Shown here: piece after piece, positions 40,604-49,848 of the stretch | How positions within the stretch are numbered: the stretch's first letter is position 1 | How the letters are laid out: each line of letters begins with the position of its first letter | Assembly (NCBI GenBank): GCA_947649365.1 | Contig: CANSRH010000007.1 | Coordinates: 854-64,853 of the forward strand | Origin: an uncultured Mycoplasmatota bacterium | Lineage (GTDB): Bacteria; Bacillota_I; Bacilli_A; RF39; UBA660 | Reading direction: 5' to 3' | Length of the DNA: 64,000 nt | Notes under the pieces: generated by a model | Databases searched by the model: none | What the model was told of the DNA's origin: nothing | What the model saw: the letters and a program-made list of their open reading frames with translations, nothing else | Translations under genes and position numbers: made by a program

Positions 40604-42238
40604 TTATACTTCTTGTACAACCGCAATAATCATAGGTTTACATTCCGTCTCTTCATATAAAAATTTACTTAATTCCGTACGAATTTCTGTTTTTATTTTA
40701 TTAAAATCAACAAAATTATCGACAATATTTCTAGTAATAACATCTTCACTAATTCGTTTAATTTCATAAATAATTTCCTTAGAATCTTTGACATAAATAA
40801 AACCTCTTGTTGTCACCTCAGGACCAACAAGCAAAGTTTTACTCTTCTTACTAATCGTAGCACTAATAAGAACGATTCCATTTTCACTCAACATTTCTCG
40901 GTCCTTAATTACTAATTCTCCCACATCATCACTTGACTTACCATCAATCAAAATATCATTCACTTTTATATGTTCTGTCGATTCCTTTAACTCTCCATCC
41001 TCAAAACAAACGACATCTCCATTTTGTTTCAAAATAATAGATTCTTTTGGCATACCAAGACTACTTGCTAAATTTGCATTCCCTACCAAATAACGATACT
41101 CACCTTTCACTGGCATATAATACTTAGGATTAGTAAGTTTAAGCATCAACATCAAATCTTCACTGGACGCATGATGTAAAATATTTTTCTCCTTTGGTAT
41201 AGAAAGAATTCGACACCCAAACATAGAAAGTTCATTCTCTATTTTAACAAGTAACTTTTCATTACTATCGTAGCGAGGTTCAGAAAAAATCACTGTATCG
41301 CTTGGTTTTAACTTAATGTATCTATCGTAACCATTCATCACTTTACTAATTGCTGCATACGGATTCTCTTTATCCTCACAAAGCAATAAAATAGCATCTT
41401 TGTCATCAATATTAGACAAATCTCCTAACAAATCTTCTGGAAAACTCAAATACCCTTCTTTTTTAGCAAACGAAACAACATTTTGTAACTTCTTTCCCAT
41501 CAAAACAATCTTGCGATGTTTATTAATAGCACTAGTAAAAATATCTTGTATCGTATACAAATGAGTAGGTAAAACCAAATAAAGCAAACGTTCACTATAT
41601 TTATTTACAATATCTTTAAAATAATCCTCTAAACGATGACTAGGGCTCGTATGACCAGTATGTTCTGAAAAAGTAGATTCACTTAGTAAGCACAAAACAC
41701 CTTGTTTTCCAACATAAGCAATACGACCCAAATCCATGTCATAATGACCAGTCATTTTACTATCAATAATAAAATCTCCCGTATAACAAATAGCGCCATC
41801 CTTAGTATTAATCACATACATCACTGCATCTGGGCAACTATGAGAAACCGTAATTGGAAAAATACTTGTTCTTCCAAAATTCAACTTTTTGTGTGGGAAT
41901 ATTTCAAAAATATTCTTTTCAGGAACACCAGACTCTAATAAAACATACTTAGTAAACTTTGTAGCATAAAGTTTAACATCGGGAAGATACTTTACTAAAT
42001 CGCTCGCACCACCCATATTTTCATAATGTCCATGAGTTAAAAAAACACCTTTAATTCTTTTTTTATTTTTCACCAAATAATCAAAATCAGGAATAATATA
42101 ATCAATTCCAAACATATTTCCTGATGCATACTTTAAACCACAATCAAAAACAAATAGATCCTTATCTATCTCTACAACATAGGTGTTTTTTCCACTTTCA
42201 TCTAAACCACCTAAACTAAAAATTTTAATTTTGCTCAT
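40604..42238 (-). CDS. rnj: Ribonuclease J (metallo-beta-lactamase/beta-CASP RNase)
   Basis: It begins MSKIKIFSLGGLDESGKN like RNase J. The histidine motif is FLTHGHYENMGG. A beta-CASP region and C-terminal domain follow; length is 544 aa. Confidence 0.85.
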   Translation of the reverse strand: MSKIKIFSLGGLDESGKNTYVVEIDKDLFVFDCGLKYASGNMFGIDYIIPDFDYLVKNKKRIKGVFLTHGHYENMGGASDLVKYLPDVKLYATKFTKYVLLESGVPEKNIFEIFPHKKLNFGRTSIFPITVSHSCPDAVMYVINTKDGAICYTGDFIIDSKMTGHYDMDLGRIAYVGKQGVLCLLSESTFSEHTGHTSPSHRLEDYFKDIVNKYSERLLYLVLPTHLYTIQDIFTSAINKHRKIVLMGKKLQNVVSFAKKEGYLSFPEDLLGDLSNIDDKDAILLLCEDKENPYAAISKVMNGYDRYIKLKPSDTVIFSEPRYDSNEKLLVKIENELSMFGCRILSIPKEKNILHHASSEDLMLMLKLTNPKYYMPVKGEYRYLVGNANLASSLGMPKESIILKQNGDVVCFEDGELKESTEHIKVNDILIDGKSSDDVGELVIKDREMLSENGIVLISATISKKSKTLLVGPEVTTRGFIYVKDSKEIIYEIKRISEDVITRNIVDNFVDFNKIKTEIRTELSKFLYEETECKPMIIAVVQEV

Positions 42239-42344
42239 AATTCATCTCTTTTCTAAATTTAAATATTCATTTTTATTTTTTAAAGTTGTTTGCAGCAGAC
42301 TTATTATAGCAAAAATAAAATAGATTTTCAAACAATTTTATAAT

Positions 42345-42361
42345 TTCGACACAATTCGACA
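42345..42361. promoter_or_regulatory. Two tandem Spo0A-box matches (TTCGACA, the reverse complement of TGTCGAA) spaced 10 bp apart in the rnj / XRE-regulator intergenic region
   Basis: Seen directly: AATTTCGACACAATTCGACAGAATTG. The 0A-box consensus TGTCGAA is recalled from B. subtilis. Confidence 0.35.
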
Positions 42362-42530
42362 GAATTGCAAAGAAAAAAATCGTATATTAACTTTAAGTAA
42401 ACCATTTTCGTTATAGTGAACAACAATTAAAACTTAAAAATATCAATTTCGAATAGGAAATGTTAATTGTTATGAAATCAAACTATAATAGTGATAGAAA
42501 CTTTAAAGAAATTAAAGATGAGGTGAAAAA

Positions 42531-42773
42531 ATGAATAATTTAGTATATGTATTAGAAGACTTTGGAAAAATTGATATCAAATTAAAAGATCTTTTAGAAA
42601 AAAAAGGCATAAGTCGTAACAAACTATGCAATATGATGGGGAGCAATTATGATTTAATCACTAGATATTATAACAATAGAGTAACTAGAGTGGATTTAGA
42701 AATCATTGCTAAAATATGTTTTGTTTTGGATTGCAATATTACTGATGTTTTGGAATACAGCACACAAAAATAG
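42531..42773 (+). CDS. Small XRE/Cro-type HTH transcriptional regulator
   Basis: The 80-aa protein has GISRNKLCNMMGSNYDLITRYYNNRVTRVDLEIIAKICFVLDCNITDVL, a typical YozG-like HTH. GAGGTGA RBS. Confidence 0.6.
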   Translation: MNNLVYVLEDFGKIDIKLKDLLEKKGISRNKLCNMMGSNYDLITRYYNNRVTRVDLEIIAKICFVLDCNITDVLEYSTQK

Positions 42774-42781
42774 ACACAAGT

Positions 42782-43567
42782 CTATTTTTCTTTTTTTTCT
42801 GCAATCAATTCACTTAAAGAAACAACCTCTAACCCCTTAAATTGAACTTCTTTTTGAAACAATTTTATCGTTTCCACTGTAGCGGTTTTCTTAACAAAAA
42901 CAATAGCGCCATTGACAAGTTGTGATTTCGCTTCTACAAAATTAGCAGAACCAAGAGAAAATGTTTCTAGAACCAAATATTTTTGTTCTTTTTGACAAAA
43001 TTCTTTACTAAAACTTTTTACATAGCATATATTTTTATTTTGATTGTTTTTATTCAATAAACTTTCCACATTTCGAAACTTAGACGAATCATTATTGATT
43101 TGTTCAAAATACGAGTTGTTTTTGTAAGACTTTTCTGTAACTAGTAAACTTGCAGCAATTTGATTCCTTTCAAAATACGTTTCTATCTCTGGATTTCCAT
43201 CTTCTAGCAAATAAGCAATCGCTTTTTTAGAAGGATGACCACTTCGAATAATTTTATCTTTATGGTCTTCCAAAGACACTTCTGGCTTTACATCATCAAA
43301 AATCAAATAATATTCATTAAAAACACCAAAAGACTTCATATTCACAAAACTCTTTGTTTTATTCACCATTCGTCCCATAACTCCAGGAACAATGTATTCT
43401 CCAAGAATAGTAGCATTGGTAGCAACTTCCTTATAGCGCTCTTCAACTTCGTGAATATTTTGCATCAAAGGGCTTTTATTTTGCATAAGAATAGCTATTT
43501 TTTCCGTATAATAAAAACTAAAAAGCATAATGGCAAACAAACCAATGGACTTATAAAATTTTTTCAA
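42782..43567 (-). CDS. Hypothetical membrane-anchored protein
   Basis: An N-terminal TM segment (IGLFAIMLFSFYYT) is followed by an extracytoplasmic domain of unknown function. Confidence 0.5.
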   Translation of the reverse strand: MKKFYKSIGLFAIMLFSFYYTEKIAILMQNKSPLMQNIHEVEERYKEVATNATILGEYIVPGVMGRMVNKTKSFVNMKSFGVFNEYYLIFDDVKPEVSLEDHKDKIIRSGHPSKKAIAYLLEDGNPEIETYFERNQIAASLLVTEKSYKNNSYFEQINNDSSKFRNVESLLNKNNQNKNICYVKSFSKEFCQKEQKYLVLETFSLGSANFVEAKSQLVNGAIVFVKKTATVETIKLFQKEVQFKGLEVVSLSELIAEKKEK

Positions 43568-43592
43568 ACGAAATCACCTAATGAAGTATATG

Positions 43593-43934
43593 CTACTCTT
43601 TTAGTGAATTTTCCGAATTTTTTACAGAAGACAAAAAAGTAACTTTTTCAGCAATCACTTCCATAATAAACTTACGATTTTTAGTTTCATCTTCATAACT
43701 TCTGGTCTGTAGTCTTCCTTTGATACCAACAACATCTCCAGTATGACAATAAGAAAACGTATTCATAGCTACATTGTTCCACAAAATGCACCGAATAAAA
43801 TCGGTCTCATACACGCCATCAACATTTTTAAAAGAACGATTAACAGCAATTGTAATCACACTTCTCTTTTTTTCTTGATCGTTTGTCATCTCTGGCTCAG
43901 CACAAAGCCTTCCTACTAAAATAACTTGATTCAT
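43593..43934 (-). CDS. ssb: Single-stranded DNA-binding protein (short, no acidic tail)
   Basis: The sequence MNQVILVGRLCAEPEM...VITIAVNRSFKN...DFIRCILWNNVA...GDVVGIKGRLQTRSYEDE shows the OB-fold SSB signature. Confidence 0.75.
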   Translation of the reverse strand: MNQVILVGRLCAEPEMTNDQEKKRSVITIAVNRSFKNVDGVYETDFIRCILWNNVAMNTFSYCHTGDVVGIKGRLQTRSYEDETKNRKFIMEVIAEKVTFLSSVKNSENSLKE

Positions 43935-44133
43935 AAAACCCTCCTTTCAGAAATCATTATTTCATAGCATAAAAAGAAGAACAAATCTCCAATTTAGAAA
44001 ATTCGCAAACAAAACAAAAAAATAAGAGAACACATTTTAAAAATAAGTGAAAAAAATAGTTCATTTCAAAAGAGAAAAAGAAAAAAGAGACAATTTTTCT
44101 CTTTTGAAACTTTATGTAAAAAATATGTAAAAT

Positions 44134-45432
44134 TTACTCTTTTACCAAACGATTCAATTCAACAGCATATTCCATAGGTAGTTCTTTTTCAAAATCAGAA
44201 ATAAATCCCTTGATAATTAACTCTTTTGCTCTTTCCTCCGTTAAACCAAAACACATAAAATAAAAGAGTTGCTCCTCATCCATTTTAGAAACACTTGCTT
44301 CATGAGAAATAGAAGAAGAATTATTTTCAACAATATTAGTAGGATACGTATCACTTTTTGACTTACCATCCATTAAAATCGTATCACACTTTATCGTAGC
44401 GATACTTTCTAAAGCACCCTTTGTAATGCGAGTAGTTCCTCTGTAATTAGCAACACCACCATCACTAGCAATAGACTTTGATAAAATATTGCTCTTCGTA
44501 TATTTCCCAAGATGAATCATTTTCGCTCCCGCATCCAAACTTTGTCCCTGCTTAGCATAAGCAACACTAATCGAATTTCCCACTGCATAATCTCCCTTTA
44601 AAATACAAGAAGGATACTTCATAGTCACACAACTTCCGATATTTCCATCTATCCACTCCATTTTCCCATGAGATTCCACAAGGGCTCTTTTTGTTACCAA
44701 ATTATAAACATCCGTACTCCAATTTTGAATCGTAGAATAACGCATAGAAGCATTTTCTTTTACAAAGATTTCTACTACTCCAGCATGCAAAGAACTAGAA
44801 GAATAACTTCTTGCAGTACATCCTTCGATATACTCTAAACTAGCACCCTCATCAACAATAATAATCGTTCGCTCAAATTGTCCCAAACTCTCTGTATCAA
44901 TACGAAAATAACTTTGTAAAGGCCGGTCCAAAGTAGTATGTTTAGGAATATAAATAAAAGTTCCCCCACTCCAAACGGCTCCATTTAAAGCTGTATATTT
45001 ATTTTCATCGTACTTCACCAAATGGTTAAAATATTCACGGAATAAATCAGGATAACGTTGCAAAGCTTCATCTGTACTTAAAAAAATAATATCTTTATCC
45101 GTATGTTGCTTATGATAAACAACTTCACTCTCGTATTGATTTGTAACTCCGTCCAAATATTTCTTCTCTGCATCAATAACTCCCAAATGACAAAAAGTAT
45201 CTTTTACATTTTTATCCACTTCGTTCCAATCACTTTTACTTGTTTCATGCTCATTTTTGTAATACAAAAAATCATCAAACGAAAAAGGAAGTTCCGGACC
45301 AAAAGAAGGATTCTCTAACTCCAAAAACTTTTCATAACTCTGAAGACGAAACTCTCTCATCCAATCGGGTTCCTTCTTCTTTTTAGAAAGTTCTATAATA
45401 AATTCCTTAGAAAGATTTTTTTTCATAGTCAT
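44134..45432 (-). CDS. sufB: Fe-S cluster assembly protein SufB/SufD family, stand-alone
   Basis: The C-terminal SufB/SufD beta-helix region (GALESIATIKCDTILMDGKSKSDTYPTNIVENNSSSISHEASVSKMDEEQLFYFMCFGLTEERAKELI) identifies the family. No sufC, sufD or sufS genes are adjacent. Confidence 0.75.
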   Translation of the reverse strand: MTMKKNLSKEFIIELSKKKKEPDWMREFRLQSYEKFLELENPSFGPELPFSFDDFLYYKNEHETSKSDWNEVDKNVKDTFCHLGVIDAEKKYLDGVTNQYESEVVYHKQHTDKDIIFLSTDEALQRYPDLFREYFNHLVKYDENKYTALNGAVWSGGTFIYIPKHTTLDRPLQSYFRIDTESLGQFERTIIIVDEGASLEYIEGCTARSYSSSSLHAGVVEIFVKENASMRYSTIQNWSTDVYNLVTKRALVESHGKMEWIDGNIGSCVTMKYPSCILKGDYAVGNSISVAYAKQGQSLDAGAKMIHLGKYTKSNILSKSIASDGGVANYRGTTRITKGALESIATIKCDTILMDGKSKSDTYPTNIVENNSSSISHEASVSKMDEEQLFYFMCFGLTEERAKELIIKGFISDFEKELPMEYAVELNRLVKE

Positions 45433-45527
45433 CACTTCTAAAATTATACAGCAAAACGAACCATGAAACAATTGAAATATAAAAGAGTATTTGCTATAAT
45501 AAAAAAGTAATACTAAGGAGGAGCTTT

Positions 45528-45830
45528 ATGAGTGGCAACAAAAAAGAAGATATCAATGCTGCTTATATAGCATTTTGGAAAGAAAAAAACCCAAAACTAA
45601 AAGACATAGAAACGGATGGAAAAATCCTTTCCTATCATAATGAAAAAATAAATATTACAGACGTCTATATGCAAGATATATTAAGAAATCCTAACATTTT
45701 TTATAGTATAGATACTATGGAAAGTAGAACATTAGTAGATATTATAAAAGTACATATCTACGCTATTCTTTTAAAAGAAAAAGAATTAGAAGAAAAAGTA
45801 AGGAGATACCAAGAATATGATTCCAAATGA
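45528..45830 (+). CDS. Hypothetical protein
   Basis: A 100-aa ORF with a GGAGGAG RBS. It overlaps the next ORF by 14 nt, suggesting translational coupling. Confidence 0.45.
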   Translation: MSGNKKEDINAAYIAFWKEKNPKLKDIETDGKILSYHNEKINITDVYMQDILRNPNIFYSIDTMESRTLVDIIKVHIYAILLKEKELEEKVRRYQEYDSK

Positions 45831-46284
45831 AACAAAAACAGAAGCAATATTAGATATAAATACATATTTTGAAATCATTGCTAAACCAGAAGAGGAAGTA
45901 AAAGAATTTTTAAAAGATCCCAAAAACAATATTCTTTTTACAAACTTTGAATCTATAATAGAAGATGCAAAAGAATTAGAAAAAGGAGGAATTCTTCCTG
46001 AATCAGCAACTTTTATTTTTCCTAAATATTACGAATATGTTTCTGCATTAAAAGAAAAAGAAAACAGAACACCAAGAGAAGAAATAATAGTAACAAAATA
46101 TTACAATGAAATGAAAGAAAAAGAAGAAAAAGACAACAACATCGTCCCAATGAGAACAAGAACAAAAGAAAATAATTACTACAAACCAACAAGCAAAGCT
46201 GGTTACATTGATGCGGCAGTGATCCTAATTATGCTTTTAAACATCGGTTTCATTGTTGCCATGACTATATTAGGAAACCGCTAG
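45817..46284 (+). CDS. Hypothetical protein with C-terminal TM helix
   Basis: A 155-aa ORF with a C-terminal hydrophobic segment AAVILIMLLNIGFIVAMTIL. Confidence 0.45.
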   Translation: MIPNETKTEAILDINTYFEIIAKPEEEVKEFLKDPKNNILFTNFESIIEDAKELEKGGILPESATFIFPKYYEYVSALKEKENRTPREEIIVTKYYNEMKEKEEKDNNIVPMRTRTKENNYYKPTSKAGYIDAAVILIMLLNIGFIVAMTILGNR

Positions 46285-46448
46285 AAATAGCGTTTTTTTA
46301 AACACAAAAATAATGCATTTTTGTGAGCATCTTTTTATAGGTTCTTAAATAGCGTTATAACCTGTATTTGTAAGCATTTAAAGCATTTTTGTTTTTGAAC
46401 AATATTCTTATAAATTGTTATAATTTCTTATATTTTTGCTTTCAAAAG

Positions 46449-46467
46449 TAGTAAATTAGTAGTAAAA
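46449..46467 (+). repeat. 19-bp direct repeat copy 1 (TAGTAAATTAGTAGTAAAA) upstream of the methyltransferase cassette
   Basis: Identical to positions 47313-47331. Confidence 0.8.
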
Positions 46468-46691
46468 ATTTAGAAATCATTTAAAGTATTAATTTTAAAT
46501 ATTAAAAAATACTATGTCATTGCACAGTATAAGAGTATCTATTTATAAAAGTGAGACTTAGTGGTTACGCCACTAAAGTCTTCGCCATAATAAGAATAGT
46601 ATTACCCTTATTATGTAGCATGAAGCATGTAACGAATTTTTACTTATTATGGTACAATAAATAAAAGAAAATATTTAGAGGAGAAAAAATT

Positions 46692-47300
46692 ATGAATGAA
46701 GAATATGATACTTTAGAGTATTATAATAATAATGCAAAGGTATATTGTGAACAGACTTTGTTTGGTAACTTACAAGAAAATTATGATAAATTTTTAAGGC
46801 ACTTATTTCAAGGTGCTTATATTTTAGACTTTGGCTGTGGTTCAGGAAGAGATAGTAAGTATTTTATGGAAAAAGGTTATAAAGTTAAATCAATAGATGG
46901 TTCAAAAGAAATGTGTAAATTGGCTAGTAAATATATAAATCAAGAAGTAAATTGCATGAAATTTGAAGATTTAAATGATATAAATACTTATGATGGTATA
47001 TGGGCTTGTAGTTCAATATTACATATTGAAAAAGAAAATTTACCAAATACTCTTATTAAAATGATAGAGGCATTAAAAGGTAATGGAATAATTTATACCT
47101 CATTTAAAATAGGAACAGGTTATGAAATAAAAGAGGGTAAATATTATAATTACTTAACTAAAAATGAAATGGTAGAAATATTAAATAAAATAAGTAAAAA
47201 TGTCAAACTTATTGATTATTTTGAAACTCTTCCAAGTACAAAAAGAACTGCTCATAATACAGTTTGGGGGAATTTTATTATTAAAAAATTTGATAATTAA
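46692..47300 (+). CDS. Class I SAM-dependent methyltransferase (TehB/SmtA-like)
   Basis: ILDFGCGSGRD is motif I, and a Rossmann-like layout follows. A GAGGAG RBS is present. The gene is very AT-rich. Confidence 0.7.
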   Translation: MNEEYDTLEYYNNNAKVYCEQTLFGNLQENYDKFLRHLFQGAYILDFGCGSGRDSKYFMEKGYKVKSIDGSKEMCKLASKYINQEVNCMKFEDLNDINTYDGIWACSSILHIEKENLPNTLIKMIEALKGNGIIYTSFKIGTGYEIKEGKYYNYLTKNEMVEILNKISKNVKLIDYFETLPSTKRTAHNTVWGNFIIKKFDN

Positions 47301-47312
47301 TATAATCATAAA

Positions 47313-47331
47313 TAGTAAATTAGTAGTAAAA
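47313..47331 (+). repeat. 19-bp direct repeat copy 2 (TAGTAAATTAGTAGTAAAA) downstream of the methyltransferase gene
   Basis: Identical to positions 46449-46467. Confidence 0.8.
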
Positions 47332-47416
47332 TATCTTTTAAATTTTCTATACGCCCTTTAAAATAAAGGTTTTTTATCAGAAATTAACTTTTTTAATAAA
47401 AAAAGTCACTAGTTTT

Positions 47417-48076
47417 TTATCTAGCAACTCCTTGATATTTTTGATGCGCCTCATAAAAAGCATTCACATCATAAAGGAATACAGGAAAACCATATTCTTG
47501 AAAACAATCCAAAACATCTTCTCCATAATGTTGAATAACAAAATTTACTTTTTCTTCGTCCCATACAGGAAAAGAATTTGTATAACCCATTGGTTCAATA
47601 TCATTTTCTTCAATAAACGTTCCAAGAGGATTTAAAACAGTTCTCGTACTATTTGTCATAGACTCTTGTTCACAACTACTTTTAAAATAATTACTTTTAA
47701 ACTTTGGATCAATAAAACCTAGTTCCAACTCACCATTTTCATTTTCACAAACCTGATAAGATTTTGTTTTTACTTCATTAATTTCAAAATCATCGATTTG
47801 AATCGCTATAGTTTTATCATCCGTTTCATTGATAGCTTCTATTTTAGCTAAATCTTCCTCCGTCAAACGTTTTAAACTTCCCGCTTGCGCTAAATAAGAA
47901 TTATATGTTTCTAGAGTTTGCATCGTAAGAAGAGATTCTATTTTTATAGAGGAAGTAGTTTCTTTAATTGACAAATAATCCTTCCCAAATAAATAAAAAG
48001 CCCCCAAACCAATCATACTTGCAACACAAATCATTTTTTTAGAAACAGTACCTTTTCTATTACTTTTAATTGACAC
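47417..48076 (-). CDS. Hypothetical membrane-anchored protein
   Basis: An N-terminal TM segment (MICVASMIGLGAFYLF) is followed by an extracytoplasmic domain. Confidence 0.5.
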   Translation of the reverse strand: MSIKSNRKGTVSKKMICVASMIGLGAFYLFGKDYLSIKETTSSIKIESLLTMQTLETYNSYLAQAGSLKRLTEEDLAKIEAINETDDKTIAIQIDDFEINEVKTKSYQVCENENGELELGFIDPKFKSNYFKSSCEQESMTNSTRTVLNPLGTFIEENDIEPMGYTNSFPVWDEEKVNFVIQHYGEDVLDCFQEYGFPVFLYDVNAFYEAHQKYQGVAR

Positions 48077-48150
48077 AAAAATTCCCCCTTTGTTAAGGGC
48101 TTATTCTAACAGAAAAAAGAAAATTTGTCAAATTTACAAAAAAAAGAAGC

Positions 48151-48411
48151 CTACTTTGCTTCTACAATTAATTTAATAGCTGTTTTTTGTTCCCCATTAA
48201 TGACGATATCACTAAACGCAGGAATACAAACTAAATTTTCTCCACTTGGAGCAACAAATCCTCTTGCAATTGCAATAGCCTTGATCGCCTGATTTAAACT
48301 TCCAGCTCCAATAGTTTGTATTTCAACACTTTTACTTTCTCGATAAATATTGGCAATCGCTCCAGCCACCTTACTTGGATTTGATTTTGATGATACTTTT
48401 AATATTTCCAT
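48151..48411 (-). CDS. spoVS: Stage V sporulation protein S
   Basis: MEILKVSSKSNPSKVAGAIANIYRESKSVEIQTIGAGSLNQAIKAIAIARGFVAPSGENLVCIPAFSDIVINGEQKTAIKLIVEAK aligns almost residue-for-residue with B. subtilis SpoVS. GAAGGAGGAAATATG RBS. The 132-aa ORF-track version carries a spurious N-terminal extension. Confidence 0.85.
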   Translation of the reverse strand: MEILKVSSKSNPSKVAGAIANIYRESKSVEIQTIGAGSLNQAIKAIAIARGFVAPSGENLVCIPAFSDIVINGEQKTAIKLIVEAK

Positions 48412-48466
48412 ATTTCCTCCTTCAATTTTTTTATAATAAACTATATGAAAAAGAAAAAAAAAAAGA

Positions 48467-48976
48467 CTAAGATTCTTCAATAAAATTCTTACTCTTGTGT
48501 GGCTCATCGCATAATAAATCTCTATAATTTTGTTGCCGTAGAGCTTCATACACCATAATTGCTACGGCATTAGAAAGATTAAGGGCACGTACTTTATCGG
48601 TCATTGGCATACGCATACAGTGTTCGATGTAAGGCTTCAAAATTTTTGGTGGAATACCCGTACTTTCTTTACCAAAAATAAAATAAATATTTTCTTTTGT
48701 ATCACTATAATCAAAACTTGTATGAGGTTGATGACCATACCTCGTTAAAAAATAATACGTTCCTTGATTCTTACTAAAAAAATCTTCTATGTTTTCATAC
48801 ACAGTATAATCACAATATTCAATATAGTTTACTCCACTTCGTTTAATATACTTTTCATCCAAAGAAAAACCAAGTGGTTGAATTAAATGCAACTTCGTAT
48901 TCGTTGCCACACAAGTCCGCATGATATTACCAGTATTTCCTGGTATTTCTGGTTCAAATAAAACAACATGTAACAT
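48467..48976 (-). CDS. trmL: tRNA (cytidine/uridine-2'-O)-methyltransferase TrmL (SpoU/TrmH family)
   Basis: At 169 aa, with EPEIPGNTGNIMRTC and ALNLSNAVAIMVYEALRQ, the SPOUT knot motifs. Confidence 0.8.
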   Translation of the reverse strand: MLHVVLFEPEIPGNTGNIMRTCVATNTKLHLIQPLGFSLDEKYIKRSGVNYIEYCDYTVYENIEDFFSKNQGTYYFLTRYGHQPHTSFDYSDTKENIYFIFGKESTGIPPKILKPYIEHCMRMPMTDKVRALNLSNAVAIMVYEALRQQNYRDLLCDEPHKSKNFIEES

Positions 48977-48990
48977 ACTACTTCACATCC

Positions 48991-49281
48991 TTATAATAGT
49001 TCATAATAATCATTAAAATTTAAAATTTTATCCCAATCTCTTTTTAGTAACACTCCATCAATCGTTTCTGTATAATAAAGCGTATCCAAATCCTTAAAAT
49101 AGACTTCCCCACTTTGCTCTTCTAGTGTTTCTCCAAATCGTTGAAAACTTACTTTGTTCTTAAAACCTATGATCATATATTTTTTTCCATTTAACAAGAA
49201 AGGAATTTCTGGTTCATTCTCTTTATTTTCTTCAAACCATTCTTTAAATTCCTCATACGTCCACCTATTTTCTTTTATCAT
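48991..49281 (-). CDS. Hypothetical protein
   Basis: A 96-aa ORF with no recognised family. Confidence 0.4.
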   Translation of the reverse strand: MIKENRWTYEEFKEWFEENKENEPEIPFLLNGKKYMIIGFKNKVSFQRFGETLEEQSGEVYFKDLDTLYYTETIDGVLLKRDWDKILNFNDYYELL

Positions 49282-49291
49282 TAAATTCCTC

Positions 49292-49528
49292 CTAAATCAA
49301 TGAAATAATAATACCAAAATAATCTTGCAATAGTATTCCTAATAAAACAAACAAAGTTGGCAAATAATATCGCATAAAAATACGAAGTTTTTTGCGATCA
49401 TAATTCTTAATTCCTAACCATGCCAAACACCATTCATAAAAACTAGTATTTTTTTCTTTTTTATCTTGAAATTGATAATGAGATAAAAAACAACTATCAC
49501 ATGTTTCTAATAAACAGATAAGTAACAA
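49292..49528 (-). CDS. Small hydrophobic hypothetical protein (possibly a remnant of a disrupted gene)
   Basis: A 78-aa ORF. Short out-of-frame ORF fragments with signal-peptide-like sequence (MKKLCLFFFIFF) lie immediately upstream among homopolymer runs. Confidence 0.3.
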   Translation of the reverse strand: MLLICLLETCDSCFLSHYQFQDKKEKNTSFYEWCLAWLGIKNYDRKKLRIFMRYYLPTLFVLLGILLQDYFGIIISLI

Positions 49529-49750
49529 ACTAAAAAAAGCAATATATTTTCAAGAAAGCCACAAATAAGAAGTCCAAGCAAGCAATTCTAAAAAAAGATG
49601 AAAAAAAATAAGCAAAGCTTTTTCATAAGAAACCACTCCACACAAAATTATAACACGTATAACAGTTATGTGATACATCTTCTTCCATCAATTTTCTATC
49701 AAATGATTTTTTTAATCATCCAACATTTCTTTATTTAATAAATATTAAAA

Positions 49751-49790
49751 AGAACTGTAAAAATTAGTTATCTAATTTCATTACAGTTCT
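49751..49790 (-). terminator. Long hairpin, candidate terminator downstream of the lipoprotein gene
   Basis: AGAACTGTAAAAATTAG-ttat-CTAATTTcaTTACAGTTCT is a near-perfect extended stem, followed on the minus strand by a short T-run. Confidence 0.4.
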
Positions 49791-49848
49791 ATAAATAATT
49801 AAACGATTCAAATTTTTATATCTATTTTTTCATTTTTATTCCTTCTTT

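Noticed and set aside
46449-47331. 19-bp direct repeats as proof of a mobile element
   Set aside because: The repeat is AT-only and internally repetitive (TAGTAA/TAGTAGTAA). A rough estimate suggests a chance match of this length is not negligible in a 64-kb AT-rich window. No integrase or transposase is present. It is therefore kept as a low-interest observation rather than a mobile-element call.
48085-48100. Short CCCTT-tgtt-AAGGG hairpin downstream of spoVS as a terminator
   Set aside because: The stem is only 5 bp with a weak T-run, and it sits 10 nt from the start of the next gene. It is too weak to call.
48151-48549. ORF-track 132-aa version of the spoVS ORF
   Set aside because: The N-terminal 46 residues (MKLYGNKIIEIYY...) have no RBS and would overlap the trmL 3' end. 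SpoVS homology and a strong GAAGGAGG RBS begin at the internal Met at 48411.
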